A stretch of 62,194 bases of DNA, the filler included, from Collodictyon triciliatum (Eukaryota), in the NCBI GenBank assembly GCA_043381765.1. It is 6 parts of 6 records of this genome, joined end to end, with 100 filler letters (N's around TTAATTAATTAA, not from the genome) between each part and the next. Parts side by side here need not be neighbours in the genome. Positions count along the whole stretch, not along the records: positions 32,990 to 40,470 come from JBHJMP010000044.1; positions 40,571 to 62,194 come from JBHJMP010000045.1; 4 more parts are not named here. One strand, 5' to 3'. A model generated the notes under the pieces. The model worked only from the letters and a program-made list of their open reading frames with translations, did no database searches and was not told where the DNA came from. Both the position numbers and the translations under genes were made by a program. Of this stretch, positions 33,843-45,500 are shown piece by piece. The first letter of the stretch is position 1, and each line of letters starts with the position of its first letter.

Positions 33843-36800
33843 ATGGACGACACGGCTTCTTCGAGTTCCTATATTTCCCGCACGAAGCGGACGAGGATGG
33901 AGGCTGAAAGCAAGCAAGTTTCTTCCTTTGAGAAAAATGGCGCCTTCCATTTTCCTTCCAAACAAAAAAACAAAAAAACAAAAAAACAAAAAAACAAAAA
34001 AACAAAAAAACAAAAAAACAAAAAAACAAAAAAACAAAAANNNNNNNNNNNNNNNNNNNNNNNNNNNNNNNNNNNNNNNNNNNNNNNNNNNNNNNNNNNN
34101 NNNNNNNNNNNNNNNNNNNNNNNNNNNNNNNNNNNNNNNNAAAAAAACAAAAAAAAAAACAAAAAAACAAAAAAACAAAAAAACAAAAAAACAAAAAAAC
34201 AAAAAACAAAAAAACAAAAAACAAAAAAATAAAAAACAAAAAACAAAAAACAAAAAGCAAAAAAAAAAAAATGCGTCGTCTCTCGAGAGTATGTATACTT
34301 ATGGCCTTACTGACGAGAGCAGATCTGCCGCCCAAGCAGCCACGCACATTCTGGCCACATTTGCTTCTGCAGAGAATGAGACAGTTGGACCGGCACTTGA
34401 TCTTCCTGTCGATGTATCCACGCCTCAACTCGAGCTAATTCTGAATCAGCTTTTATCAAATGTAAGAAATCGTTGTTTCAGCGATGGATGCAAAAATACA
34501 ATAGAAAAGAAAGCACAAAGGGAACTCAGTTGCACTATGCAATGTCTTTCTTTTTTTTTTTGTATGTCTATAATTGACATAAAATACAGATTTTGACTCG
34601 TTGATATCATTATACGCCTTCCGATATTTTCCTGTAATAGACCATAGAATCACACGACATGTGATACATTCATGATTTTTATGTTTGATTTTGTGATTAA
34701 TATATATATATATTTCAATAATGCAGGATGAACCCAAACCGTACGTCTTTTTCATAAACGATACTGAAATCCGCACAAATGTCAGAGAGACACTTTTAGA
34801 ACTTGGTGAAGCGATTTCCACAGGCAAGATTTTTTTCATTATTTGTGATATTAAAACTAGAATGACTCACATCAAATGTTGCATATAAGTTGAAATTGAA
34901 ACACCAACAAAAAAAAAGTTTAATCAGATATCGCTTGATTGTGATATACGCAACTTGATATAATCGAATTCATTCATTACAGAAAATAACATCCAAATCA
35001 CGTATCGACCTCAGAACGTATTTCGTGTTATGTCTGTGACGCGTTGCTCCAGTACATTAGAAGGCTTGTTCTTTCTTTTAGTTCCTTCTTTTGGTTCCTT
35101 CTTTTCAAGAAATAAGATGTGACAACATTTTTTTTTATTATTATTTCGCATTTTACTGCCCAACGAATTCTATGGTTTCTTCTGTTCATCATTGTTTATC
35201 TTACAGGACACACTGATGCCATTCTTTCCGGTAATTCACTACCTTTGTCGTGGATGGTCCAGTTAAAAGAAAATATTGTGCCTTGTTTTCTTCTCAATTT
35301 GACGGCTATTGAATGAAAATGAGCATCACTATTCAATTTCCATTTTTTTTTTCATTAAAAAAGTCAGCTTTAGTCCTGATGGTCGGAATCTTGCAACTGG
35401 CTCAGGAGATAAAACAGTTCGCTTCTGGGATGTGGATACACAAACGCCTCTTTTCACAGGAAAAGGTTCTTTTCAATTTTTGGAAAAAAAATGTGGTATA
35501 TTGGTCAATAAGAATTCCTTGGATTCTATTTAAAAAAAATCTACATTTGCGAAGGCACTCATTTTTAATAAGGCTCTCCCTTAAATGATTATTATTCGGT
35601 AGGTCATAATGGCTGGGTCTTGTTTGTTGCATGGTCACCAAACGGCCAATACCTGGCATCTGGAAGCATGGACAATGATATAAGAATATGGGACCCAAAA
35701 ACTGGAAATCAGATGGGAAGAGTAGGCATTAATCAAAAGAATCTCTATAAATTCTGACTTTGACCAACGGCGGTATTATAACAAGAATAAAAAAAAAATA
35801 CCGATAATAATCTTAATGGAAATGTATTTTGATTAAAAATTACTGATATGGTTCACTCAGCCCTCTTTACTCGCGAATTAATATCTTATTTTCAAGCCAC
35901 TCAAGGGGCATAGTAAATGGATTACTTCCATATCGTGGGAGCCAATGCATCGGTATGATGTATAACAAAAAAAAAAATGCGCAAATTTATTTCAATTTCA
36001 CGATAGTAACTATACGCGCCCAGCAACACGGACAAGAGAATATTTTTAAAAGGTACTTTTATAACCCACTAAAAATTCATGTTAGCAATATGAATTGTAA
36101 TCGTCTAGTGAGCTCCTCAAAAGATGGTACGGCTAAAGTATGGTAAGTCTTACTGATACTCAATAGTGATATCACCTTCATTTTGATGGTTATTCTGCGA
36201 AAATGCAGACATATTATCAGCACGATCTATTTTTATACTGTGGAAAATGAGACCCTGCTTCACACTCTTAATAGTTTTTTTAACATGACTTTATCAGGGA
36301 TGTTGTAATGGGTAGCTGTCTGCTTTCCCTATCGAGTCATACACTGAGTGTTACCTGCGTTCGGTGGGGTGGGGAAGGGTTCATCTACACTGGCAGCCAG
36401 GACCGTACTATTAAAGTGTGGGCAGCCGACAATGTAACTCGAATCATTTTTTAATTGTTAAGAAAACAGAAAAAAATCAAACAAACTGAATTTGCACAAA
36501 TAAGAGATGTAATTATACATTCATATTTTGTGTTTTCGCATTTTAATACCTATATCTTATTTTGAATTCGTCGTAAACTAGGGAAAATTAGTACGCAATC
36601 TTGAAGGACATGCTCACTGGGTGAATACATTAGCTCTGAGCACTGACTATGTGCTACGAACGGGAGCATATACAAATGGTAGACGAAGCTTTGAAACTGT
36701 TGAGGAGGGTTTGTCTGAAATACATTTTTTTTTTTGGAAGCTTTTAATTGTTATGAGCTCTCTGGTTGATAGATAAATCAATTAAACTAAAAAAAAATTA

Positions 36801-38155
36801 TTTTTTTCTTTTTTGTAGAAATTTAAACCTGACCTTCTTTTTTTATGATAGAGTTTGCTGCAGCAAAGAAAAGGTATGAAGAAGTTCGCCAGTTGAATTC
36901 ATCGAAACCAATCCCAGAAAGACTCGTTTCTGGAAGTGATGATTTCACCATGTACTTATGGGACCCAGCAACATCAAAAAAGCCTATAACACGCTTGACG
37001 GGCCACCAACAACTTGTAAATCAGGTATTCACCTATTCAGTAATTTGTAAAATAAGATTATTTTTTTTTATAAAAAAAAACATCTACAGAACGGAACTCG
37101 ATTATCAGAATTTTTTTTAATAGTAAAAAACTTTTCTTAATCCATGAGTACGTTATCTTAACTGCATAGGTTTCATTTTCTCCTGATGGACGAACCTTCG
37201 CCAGTGCATCATTTGATAAAGCAATCAAAATATGGGAAACGGCTACTGGGAAGTAAGTCATGCAATCAGACTCTGTAATCTTTTCAAAACTCAATATACG
37301 ACATTTATCCGTATGAATGGCAACGCTCTATTCCACATTAATAAGTAGATGCGCTTCATTTATTTGCCCTCTATATATATTTAACGAACATGAATGACTT
37401 AACCATCAAAATGCAATATTTTAACTTATTGGATTTCTCTCTGACACTAATTATTGCGTAGATTCCTTACGACTCTTCGTGGGCACGTTGGTTCTGTATA
37501 CCAGGTCGCGTGGTCGGCAGATAGTCGATTGCTTGTCAGTGGTAGTAAAGATTCAACGATGAAGGTTGCTTTCCATCTACCTATACATTATATATATATA
37601 ACGATATGTTAATGATTGGAATTTCTTAAATTGTATTTTTATATGGATTTACTTTTCGTCTATAGGTTTGGGACATGAAAACATTTAAACTTAAACACGA
37701 CTTACCTGGTCACGCAGATGAGGTATTGTATCGCAAAATGCCTCTTATATAATCAAGCTCGTTAATATATATTTATGAATATATCAATAATATTCTACCC
37801 TGGGCTATTATAACATCATTTTTATTTAAAAAAATCATGATTATATATTCTATTCTTAAACATGAAAATATAGGTTTATAGCGTGGATTGGAGCCCAGAC
37901 GGAGAGCGTGTTGCCTCTGGAAGCAAGGACAAGTGTCTGAAGATGTAATTATTATTGTTATTATTATTACGATCATGTCTTTTTATGTAATTTATCCCGT
38001 TTTGCTTTCGGAGAGAATATTATTTTAATCAACCAAAGAAATTGAATCATCATTTATGAATATCTACCGTAAGGAATTATTTTAATTTTCACACAACCAA
38101 CTTTAATTGACCTAAAAAAAAAACGTTTTCACAATTCGACAGATGGAGACACTAG
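33843..38155 (+). CDS. NLE1: Notchless/Rsa4 (NLE domain + WD40) ribosome assembly factor, multi-exon
   Basis: NLE domain [132 protein letters not shown] (TAG 38153-38155). The ATG at 33843 is inferred through a GC-AG first intron. Confidence 0.95.
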
Positions 38156-38887
38156 CCCTTCCCAATCTGAAGCAAATAAAGTCGTATCTGCACACATGAT
38201 AACATTCCAAAAACTGTTCCTGCTTATTGGGGTGGAGTGTAGTTACATTGGCCATTGAAAAATAATTTGATAGTGATAGTAATAATAATAAATAAGGGAG
38301 TTGTGCTTCATTTGTCCATATGTCATTTTTGGAAACAAAAAACAAAGACGAAAGCGTGGGTATTGCAAATCCGCATGCGAATATCGAAAGATGTAAGATC
38401 GAAGAGTGCGCTTATCTTCAAGCATTTTGTTAATAACGATGTCTGCATTTATTCACCGCGTTCGAGGCTTTCCTCCTCTCCCAAAGCACTGCTTTTCTCG
38501 GCTAATGGAGGAGTTGATGGTGGGAAGAAGAAAAGAAAAAAAAAATATGCAGACTAAGGAAAAGAAGTAAGACATTGAATATGGCAAGAAGATATCTCTG
38601 GGGAACGGGAAAGCAAGCACAAGACGGATGAGCAACAAAGAAGCAGGCGAATGGAGATGGCTTGTGGAGTGAAGCAAATCATCACAGTAGGCAGAAGCGA
38701 TCTGTCAAGAAGGGCATCGCGTTGGGGCCTTGAGCGCGATACCTGAAGCGAGAAAAAGGAAAGATAGAGAGAGAAAAAATAGAAGAAAAGAAAGTCTGTG
38801 TGTGTGTTTCTATTGGCAGAGCACAGACAATAAGACGGATGAGGAAAAACAACAGGGTCGAGGCAGAAAGAGCCACGACTTTGTTTC

Positions 38888-39094
38888 TTAGCAGCAGCCG
38901 TCCTTCTTTTGCGGGGCGACCCAGGGGTTTTCTTGGGGAGCACTTCTGCCGGGAAACAAAGGATCGTCCGTGGTGGTCACGAAGCGGATCAGATCTCCAC
39001 CAGACTGGGTCACTTTCAGGATCTTTGTGCTGCGCTCCAGCTCGCGGCGAAGTTGATCCACCTGCTCTTGCAGCTTCTTGACAGAATCGGCCAT
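38888..39094 (-). CDS. Heterotrimeric G-protein gamma subunit (GGL domain)
   Basis: 68 aa with N-terminal coiled coil, ERSTKILKVTQS, DPLF, ENPW and a terminal Cys pair; resembles the Dictyostelium G-gamma as I recall it. Confidence 0.88.
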   Translation of the reverse strand: MADSVKKLQEQVDQLRRELERSTKILKVTQSGGDLIRFVTTTDDPLFPGRSAPQENPWVAPQKKDGCC

Positions 39095-40138
39095 GGGGGC
39101 AAGGGCGGGGGTTTCTGTGTCTCTGAGGGGTCTTTGGGTGAGTGGGTTGGATCTAATTCTTGTCCCAGCTATTCGATTCTTTCCTTTCCAATTCTTCTGG
39201 CGCGTTTCGAAAACAAAAAGGAATCTGACGATGCAATAAAAAAGAAAAAGAAAAGAAAAAGAAAAGAAAAGAAAAAGAAAAGAAAAAGAAAAAAAGAAAA
39301 AAGAAAAAAGAAAAAAAGAAAAAAAAGAAAAAAAGAAAAAAAGAAAAAAAGAAAAAAAGAAAAAAAGAAAAAAAAGAAAAAAAGAAAAAAAGAAAAAAGA
39401 AAAAAATAGAATAAAGAGGACAATTGGATGCGTGAAGTTTTGTCAGTAGTATCGACGGGGACACAGAATCGAGCGGCCGATGCAGGCGTGGTATGTGGGT
39501 GTTTCGGTGTGGGATTCCGGCTCGTCTGACTTGTCCGGGAGAACCCGCGATCATTTGACACGTTTGCTTGGTTTGTTCTGAAAGGAAAGAGAAACTTCTG
39601 CAGAAACGGGCATGTTTCCTGGAATTCAATTTTTTTTCCCACCTTTGTTGCGTTCGGAGGGCACAACAATCATTCCCACTGCTATATCATAGAATTATGC
39701 GAATCAGATTCTCCGCCCTCAAATACCCAACACGAAGGGAACATCGCGGTGTCTGGTGCTGTTGCAGGATTCTGGGTGCGCAATCGCCCACCAGCAAACA
39801 GAAGGAACATTCGCAGAGGCGGAGCATCTCTAGACACCCTCTTTACAGAAGATAAACATGTCTTTTAAAAATTAACACATGCATAAAATTTAAAGTAAAC
39901 TATGATGCAGTACACCGAGCGCTCGGATTTTCATCTGCATTATTATTATTATTATTTTCGCCTCATCCATCACAAAATTAGCATTTAAATCGTTCCTACT
40001 TCACCCAACCACATTAAAACATTGATTTTCATTTCATAAGAGATTTTGTAAGATGAAATCCATAGTGGTATAGTTTGAAATATGCTCGCATACGGTGCGA
40101 GGTGTTCTGTCAATTAGTAAACATTAAATTGTGTGCTT

Positions 40139-40231
40139 GTTTGTTTGTTTGTTTGTTTGTTTGTTTGTTTGTTTGTTTGTTTGTTTGTTTGTTTGTTTGT
40201 TTGTTTGTTTGTTTGTTTGTTTGTTTGTTTG
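40139..40231 (+). repeat. (GTTT)n microsatellite
   Basis: Perfect tetramer array. Confidence 0.95.
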
Positions 40232-40398
40232 TGCACCAAGGTCCTCACAGAAAATGTCACCAATAAATCCGACAAACACCACTGGCTTGCAATAAAAAGT
40301 AAGGTTTTTTATTTTTGACTTATGATAGCTGTTATTATAATCAAGCTCCTATGATAGTTGCTCAGCCTTAATACCGAAGAGACAGTCAAAATCTTGAC

Positions 40399-40470
<72 letters not shown>

Positions 40471-40570
40471 NNNNNNNNNNNNNNNNNNNNNNNNNNNNNN
40501 NNNNNNNNNNNNNNTTAATTAATTAANNNNNNNNNNNNNNNNNNNNNNNNNNNNNNNNNNNNNNNNNNNN
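40471..40570. other. Artificial scaffold-join linker
   Basis: N44-TTAATTAATTAA(40515-40526)-N44. Confidence 0.95.
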
Positions 40571-40660
<90 letters not shown>

Positions 40661-40709
40661 GGCTAATTAACTTTGATTCGTCTCATGGTAATAAACATTT
40701 AATCAACAA

Positions 40710-42049
40710 GCAGCACAAAAGGCTTTGCAAGTTGCAGCCAGCTCTTCTGGTTCCAACGCTGGTGCGGAGTAACCCCGAGTCGCACGTAAGTCCAGGAAGA
40801 CCCGTGCAAGGAAGCCGCCTACAAGTCTGTCTGAGCGGAGAGTATTATTGCACGGGGTCGAGCAAGTCGTTTACAACAAGAACACGGCCCGCAGGCTCAC
40901 AGATGCGCTCGACTCCTTCTTGAAAGCGAACAAACTTTGGTAAGAGTCCATCCAATTGCACTTACTGGACGGCGAAGACCTTTGTCTGATTGCCTTCTGC
41001 ACTGCAGAAAACGCCCGAAAGCTTCTGGAGCTGAAGCAGGTTAGTTTGATATATATATATATATATTCTGCTTCAGCAGAAGTAAACCAACAGAGACCTC
41101 GGTAATGCTCTACCAACTACCGCTGGGCGTGTGGCCGCAACTCCTTCATGAGGAGCTGAAGCCGTTCAAACCGACCCACGTGGACATCAAAAAGGACAAA
41201 GGCTTCTTCACAGACACGTCCATAGTGAAGCTTCTTTGTCACAAGAACCAGCTCCCTGCAAAGTTTACGGGCATGGGCAAAAGTGTCCAAAGCGCATCCT
41301 CAAAGAGCGTCCGCCAGCCGCGAACAACGAACGACAAGTAAAAGCCCCGCAAAAGAATACACCTACAAAGCAGACAAGCAGCAACGGGTTCAAGGAAGCC
41401 AAGGTCAGGCAACAACAGAGTCCACAAGACCCACAGCAGATACGCGCATACAGCGACAGCGACGACGACATGGAAGGAAATCTCGGTTCCTCTTCAGAAT
41501 CCTCGCACTCGAGCCCTCCAACGCCAAAGCTGGACAAGCCTGCACATCGCAAGACCCAAGAGCAGCACATCTCTAAACCCCGAAAGAAATCCCCCTTTAA
41601 ACTTCCCATTCAGACTGACGTGAATTTGGTTAACATAGGAGGCCTCAAGGAAGTCTTTGTCACTTATCCGAAAGGATACCAAAGCGAAGGCAACACAAGA
41701 ACCAGCGCCCACCAAAGATAGTCCGTTTACCCAGCCCCAACCCGTCGCACCGAGAACCAAGGAGCAAGAGCAAACAGCACAAGTCGAATCCAAGATTGGA
41801 GCTTCACACACTCAAGACAGTCCGAGCAAGCAGGAGCGTATGTTTCTAAAACCACAAACGCGTATCCATACTCCGGTTAAGCAAAGTCCACTGCCGGCTA
41901 CACATGGTTCCGAAACCAGAGGACGGTCAAGCGCCACTTCCGATAATGCCAGACAAACAATGATGTATCGCTTTTTGTCTGAGTCGACCAGCAAGAAACG
42001 CAAGGAAAGTGACCCGCTGTCCCCTCAAAAGACTCATCCAGTGGAATGA
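40710..42049 (+). mobile_element. Degenerate intronless ORF, probable non-LTR retrotransposon ORF1 relic
   Basis: GC-richer island. One frame is broken by TAA stops, a (TA)n insertion and frameshifts. It reads two RRM-like blocks (RRVLLHGV...LIAFCTAENARKLLEL; VMLYQLPLGVWPQLLHEELKPF...FTDTSIVKL...LPAKF) and then a disordered K/P/S/Q-rich tail. No RT or endonuclease is visible. Confidence 0.45.
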
Positions 42050-42545
42050 AATAGGATGTAAAACCTTGTCTGAGACAGATGGTTGAAAGGACTCGTCGGA
42101 ATCGCTTATCGAAGTAACTGCCATGTGCATACTTTCATCGATTCCTTCTATGCCTAGCTGCACCTAATCTTTTACCCCTTTCTCCAAGAGAGAACATTTA
42201 ATCACCTTAGTTTTTCGAATCACTTATCTCTTATCCTTAAGATAAAACACTAATTTCACTTCTATTTCACCATCTCATTTATTCATTCTTTCTATCTAAT
42301 ACCTCCTTTTTTCTTTTTTCTTTTTTTTTTACCTCTATCCGTGTTTAAGAAAACGCAGACAGAACATAGAGAGAGATTAAAATCAATATCTTAAAGTCGA
42401 ATTCGTTCATGCCACCTATGTATGCAGTAGTGGAGAAGATGAAATTTTGAAGATTCGGATGAAAAGGGGGGTTTTTTTTATTACGTTTTGTAAGTTGTTT
42501 GATTTGTTTGTAGAAATCTGACCAATAGGAACGAAAGCATTTTAT

Positions 42546-45500
42546 TTATTGGGACATTGGGTCGAATGTAGATTTCCTTTCGGTGATTTTTTTCAATTCA
42601 TAAATTTTTTTCTGTATTGTGTTATTTTGGAAAAGTGGGACGACAAAAGCCACACCGATATAAAAAATCACCCAAATGGAATTTATCCCGACCAAAATAA
42701 CAGTAACCCACGCCTCAGAGCCAAGAAAACTCGACAAAAGAGCCAAGAAAAAGGAAATGAAAATGACATACAAGCTAGAGAGTTCCATTTGATTTTCAAT
42801 TTTTGAATTGTAAGGTCTGTACTCTTTCTGCATCCAAATGGAGCCCTGCATGTATATTCCTTCTTTTAAAAAAAAAAANNNNNNNNNNNNNNNNNNNNNN
42901 NNNNNNNNNNNNNNNNNNNNNNNNNNNNNNNNNNNNNNNNNNNNNNNNNNNNNNNNNNNNNNNNNNNNNNNNNNNNNNNNNNNNNNNNNNNNNNNNNNNN
43001 NNNNNNNNNNNNNNNNNNNNNNNNNNNNNNNNNNNNNNNNNNNNNNNNNNNNNNNNNNNNNNNNNNNNNNNNNNNNNNNNNNNNNNNNNNNNNNNNNNNN
43101 NNNNNNNNNNNNNNNNNNNNNNNNNNNNNNNNNNNNNNNNNNNNNNNNNNNNNNNNNNNNNNNNNNNNNNNNNNNNNNNNNNNNNNNNNNNNNNNNNNNN
43201 NNNNNNNNNNNNNNNNNNNNNNNNNNNNNNNNNNNNNNNNNNNNNNNNNNNNNNNNNNNNNNNNNNNNNNAAACATAAAATTACGAATAACGAACTTTAA
43301 ATAAAAATAAAAATAATTATAAACCTCTTTGTAAGGCAGATACAGAAATCCGTATCTGGCCCCGGGTTCATATCCAGGCTTCTCGACCATAATTTTCACT
43401 TTTTTCCAGAGGAATACAGGCAGTCCAACCAAAAATAAGATGAAAATAGGGACCGAAATGGCCAATAATTTTCGATACTCATCTGAGGCCGGGCTGCATG
43501 GTATCCATGGGGCATAATTTAGGTACCAAACATGCTCACCTTTGTCATAAACTGTGCACCCAAAGACACCAAAAACCTCGGTTGCGACAGAATAGTATAT
43601 AAGAAACAAGAGATTCAAAGTGATAAAGACTGCCTATAATAGTAATAGAAAAGTATGTTAAAATGGTGTCTTATAGATATCCATAAATCATATATTGTAC
43701 CTTATTCCTTCTGTGGCCGTATCCAAGATGGTAGACAGCAGTACCAATAAGAATAAATATTGGTATTCTTGAAAAACTAAATATTAATGACCCAAGCATA
43801 TCACCTTGAATGCGCGCACACGACAGGTTGGGAAATTGTATTGATCCAACAGAAGACGAAATGTCGAGAAATCTGTTTGCCTCATTCGTTTGCATCAATC
43901 CAGAAGAAAAAATTGACAAGGTTTGCATGTGAAACATGATGATTCTAAGCTTTGCTATTATTCATAAAAAAAAAACATTAAATAAGCATCTGATATCAGG
44001 TTTTTTATATGTGTTTCATCAAATACAATAAAAATAAACCAACCTGATTTTGATGTTTCCAAAAAGTAAAGATGGCATATGAGCAAAAAGAATCCGATAG
44101 AACATAGAATGATCGATGAGTAAACTGCCGAATTATTGCATTTTACGCATGACCTACCCTGAGGCACATACCCATCAACACATTTTGAGCAAGCATGACC
44201 TTCATATCCCTCTATACACAATTCAGTAACCTCCATCGTTTCGTTGGAATGAACGAGTTTACTTGGTATTATAGAATGACATGATTGTGGCCTTGGACAG
44301 GGTAGAATTGATTTAAGGTCATATAAAGTAGGAGAAGCATGACACTTCTCCAACGTAACCCCATTGACGCATTCACAGCCTCTTGGACATTGGATACAAT
44401 TGCTTCCATAACCAAAATAACCAGGCAAGCACTTACAATATTCAAAATCATAATAATGAGGATTTAAACCAACTTTTAGTTGAACAAGTCCTAGTTCTGA
44501 ATAAATTGAAGGGCACATGTAAAGCCTCGATTCATCTTCTAAGTTAAAGGGCGCAGAGTAGTTCATAAAATCTGGGATGAAATTAGATTTACCATGGTTC
44601 ATGAATGTTCCATTCAATCCCAAGTACTCTAGCTTCGAAAATTGGCTGTATGATTCAGGTATGCTCCCAAAAATTGGATTGCCAGACAGTTCCAGATAAC
44701 TCCACTTCAGGAGATTTGTTAGTTCCCCAAGTTTAGTTATCTTGTTGTTTTTTAGAATAAGAGTTTTTAAATTCTCTACAAAATTAAAAATTCTCCAGTT
44801 CATTTCCCCAAAAAGGTGGTTATCTCCGAGCAAAAGGATTTCATAACTGTAATTAAAGTATCCTGAATCAGGGACTAAGAAAACAACAACATCTCCAGAG
44901 AAAGAATTGTTTGTCAAATCTATAGAAATGAGGTTTGGTAAATTCCAAAAGAGGTTCGGCATACTTCCTGAGAATTGATTGTGCGATAAAGTCAGTGATT
45001 TTAGATGAAACATTTTTTGAAAGTATTCCGGAACTGTATCATTCATTTGATTTCTGGACAAATCGATGTATTTTATCAAAGGCACGTTCCAGTATCTAGG
45101 AATAGATCCAGATATACTATTTTCACTAACATCTAATTTAGACAAGTTAGGCAACTGGAAGAGAGGTAAACTTCCAGTAAAATTGTTTCTAAATAGGACC
45201 AACTCCTTCAACTTCAGGCAATACTCAAAACTTGGAACAAGCCCTTCCAAAAGATTGTCATAAAAAGATATATATTCCAAGTTTGGTGTATTTCTGAAAC
45301 TAGGAACAATACCTGTATTTTTAAAATTAGGGTATCGTATCATACAACATGTAAAGATGTGTTCAAATCACCTTCCAATTTATTTCCATCCAAGTAAATG
45401 CTTCGAAGCTCAGATATGTTGCTGAAATCCGGTATAGTTTCTGAAAACCGAGACAATTTCAGAAAATAGTATATTGTTTATGCATGAAAGAAAACTCACC

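Noticed and set aside
40399-40660. (AAT)n...(ATT)n apparent large inverted repeat
   Set aside because: The two arms are ends of different scaffolds separated by a linker.
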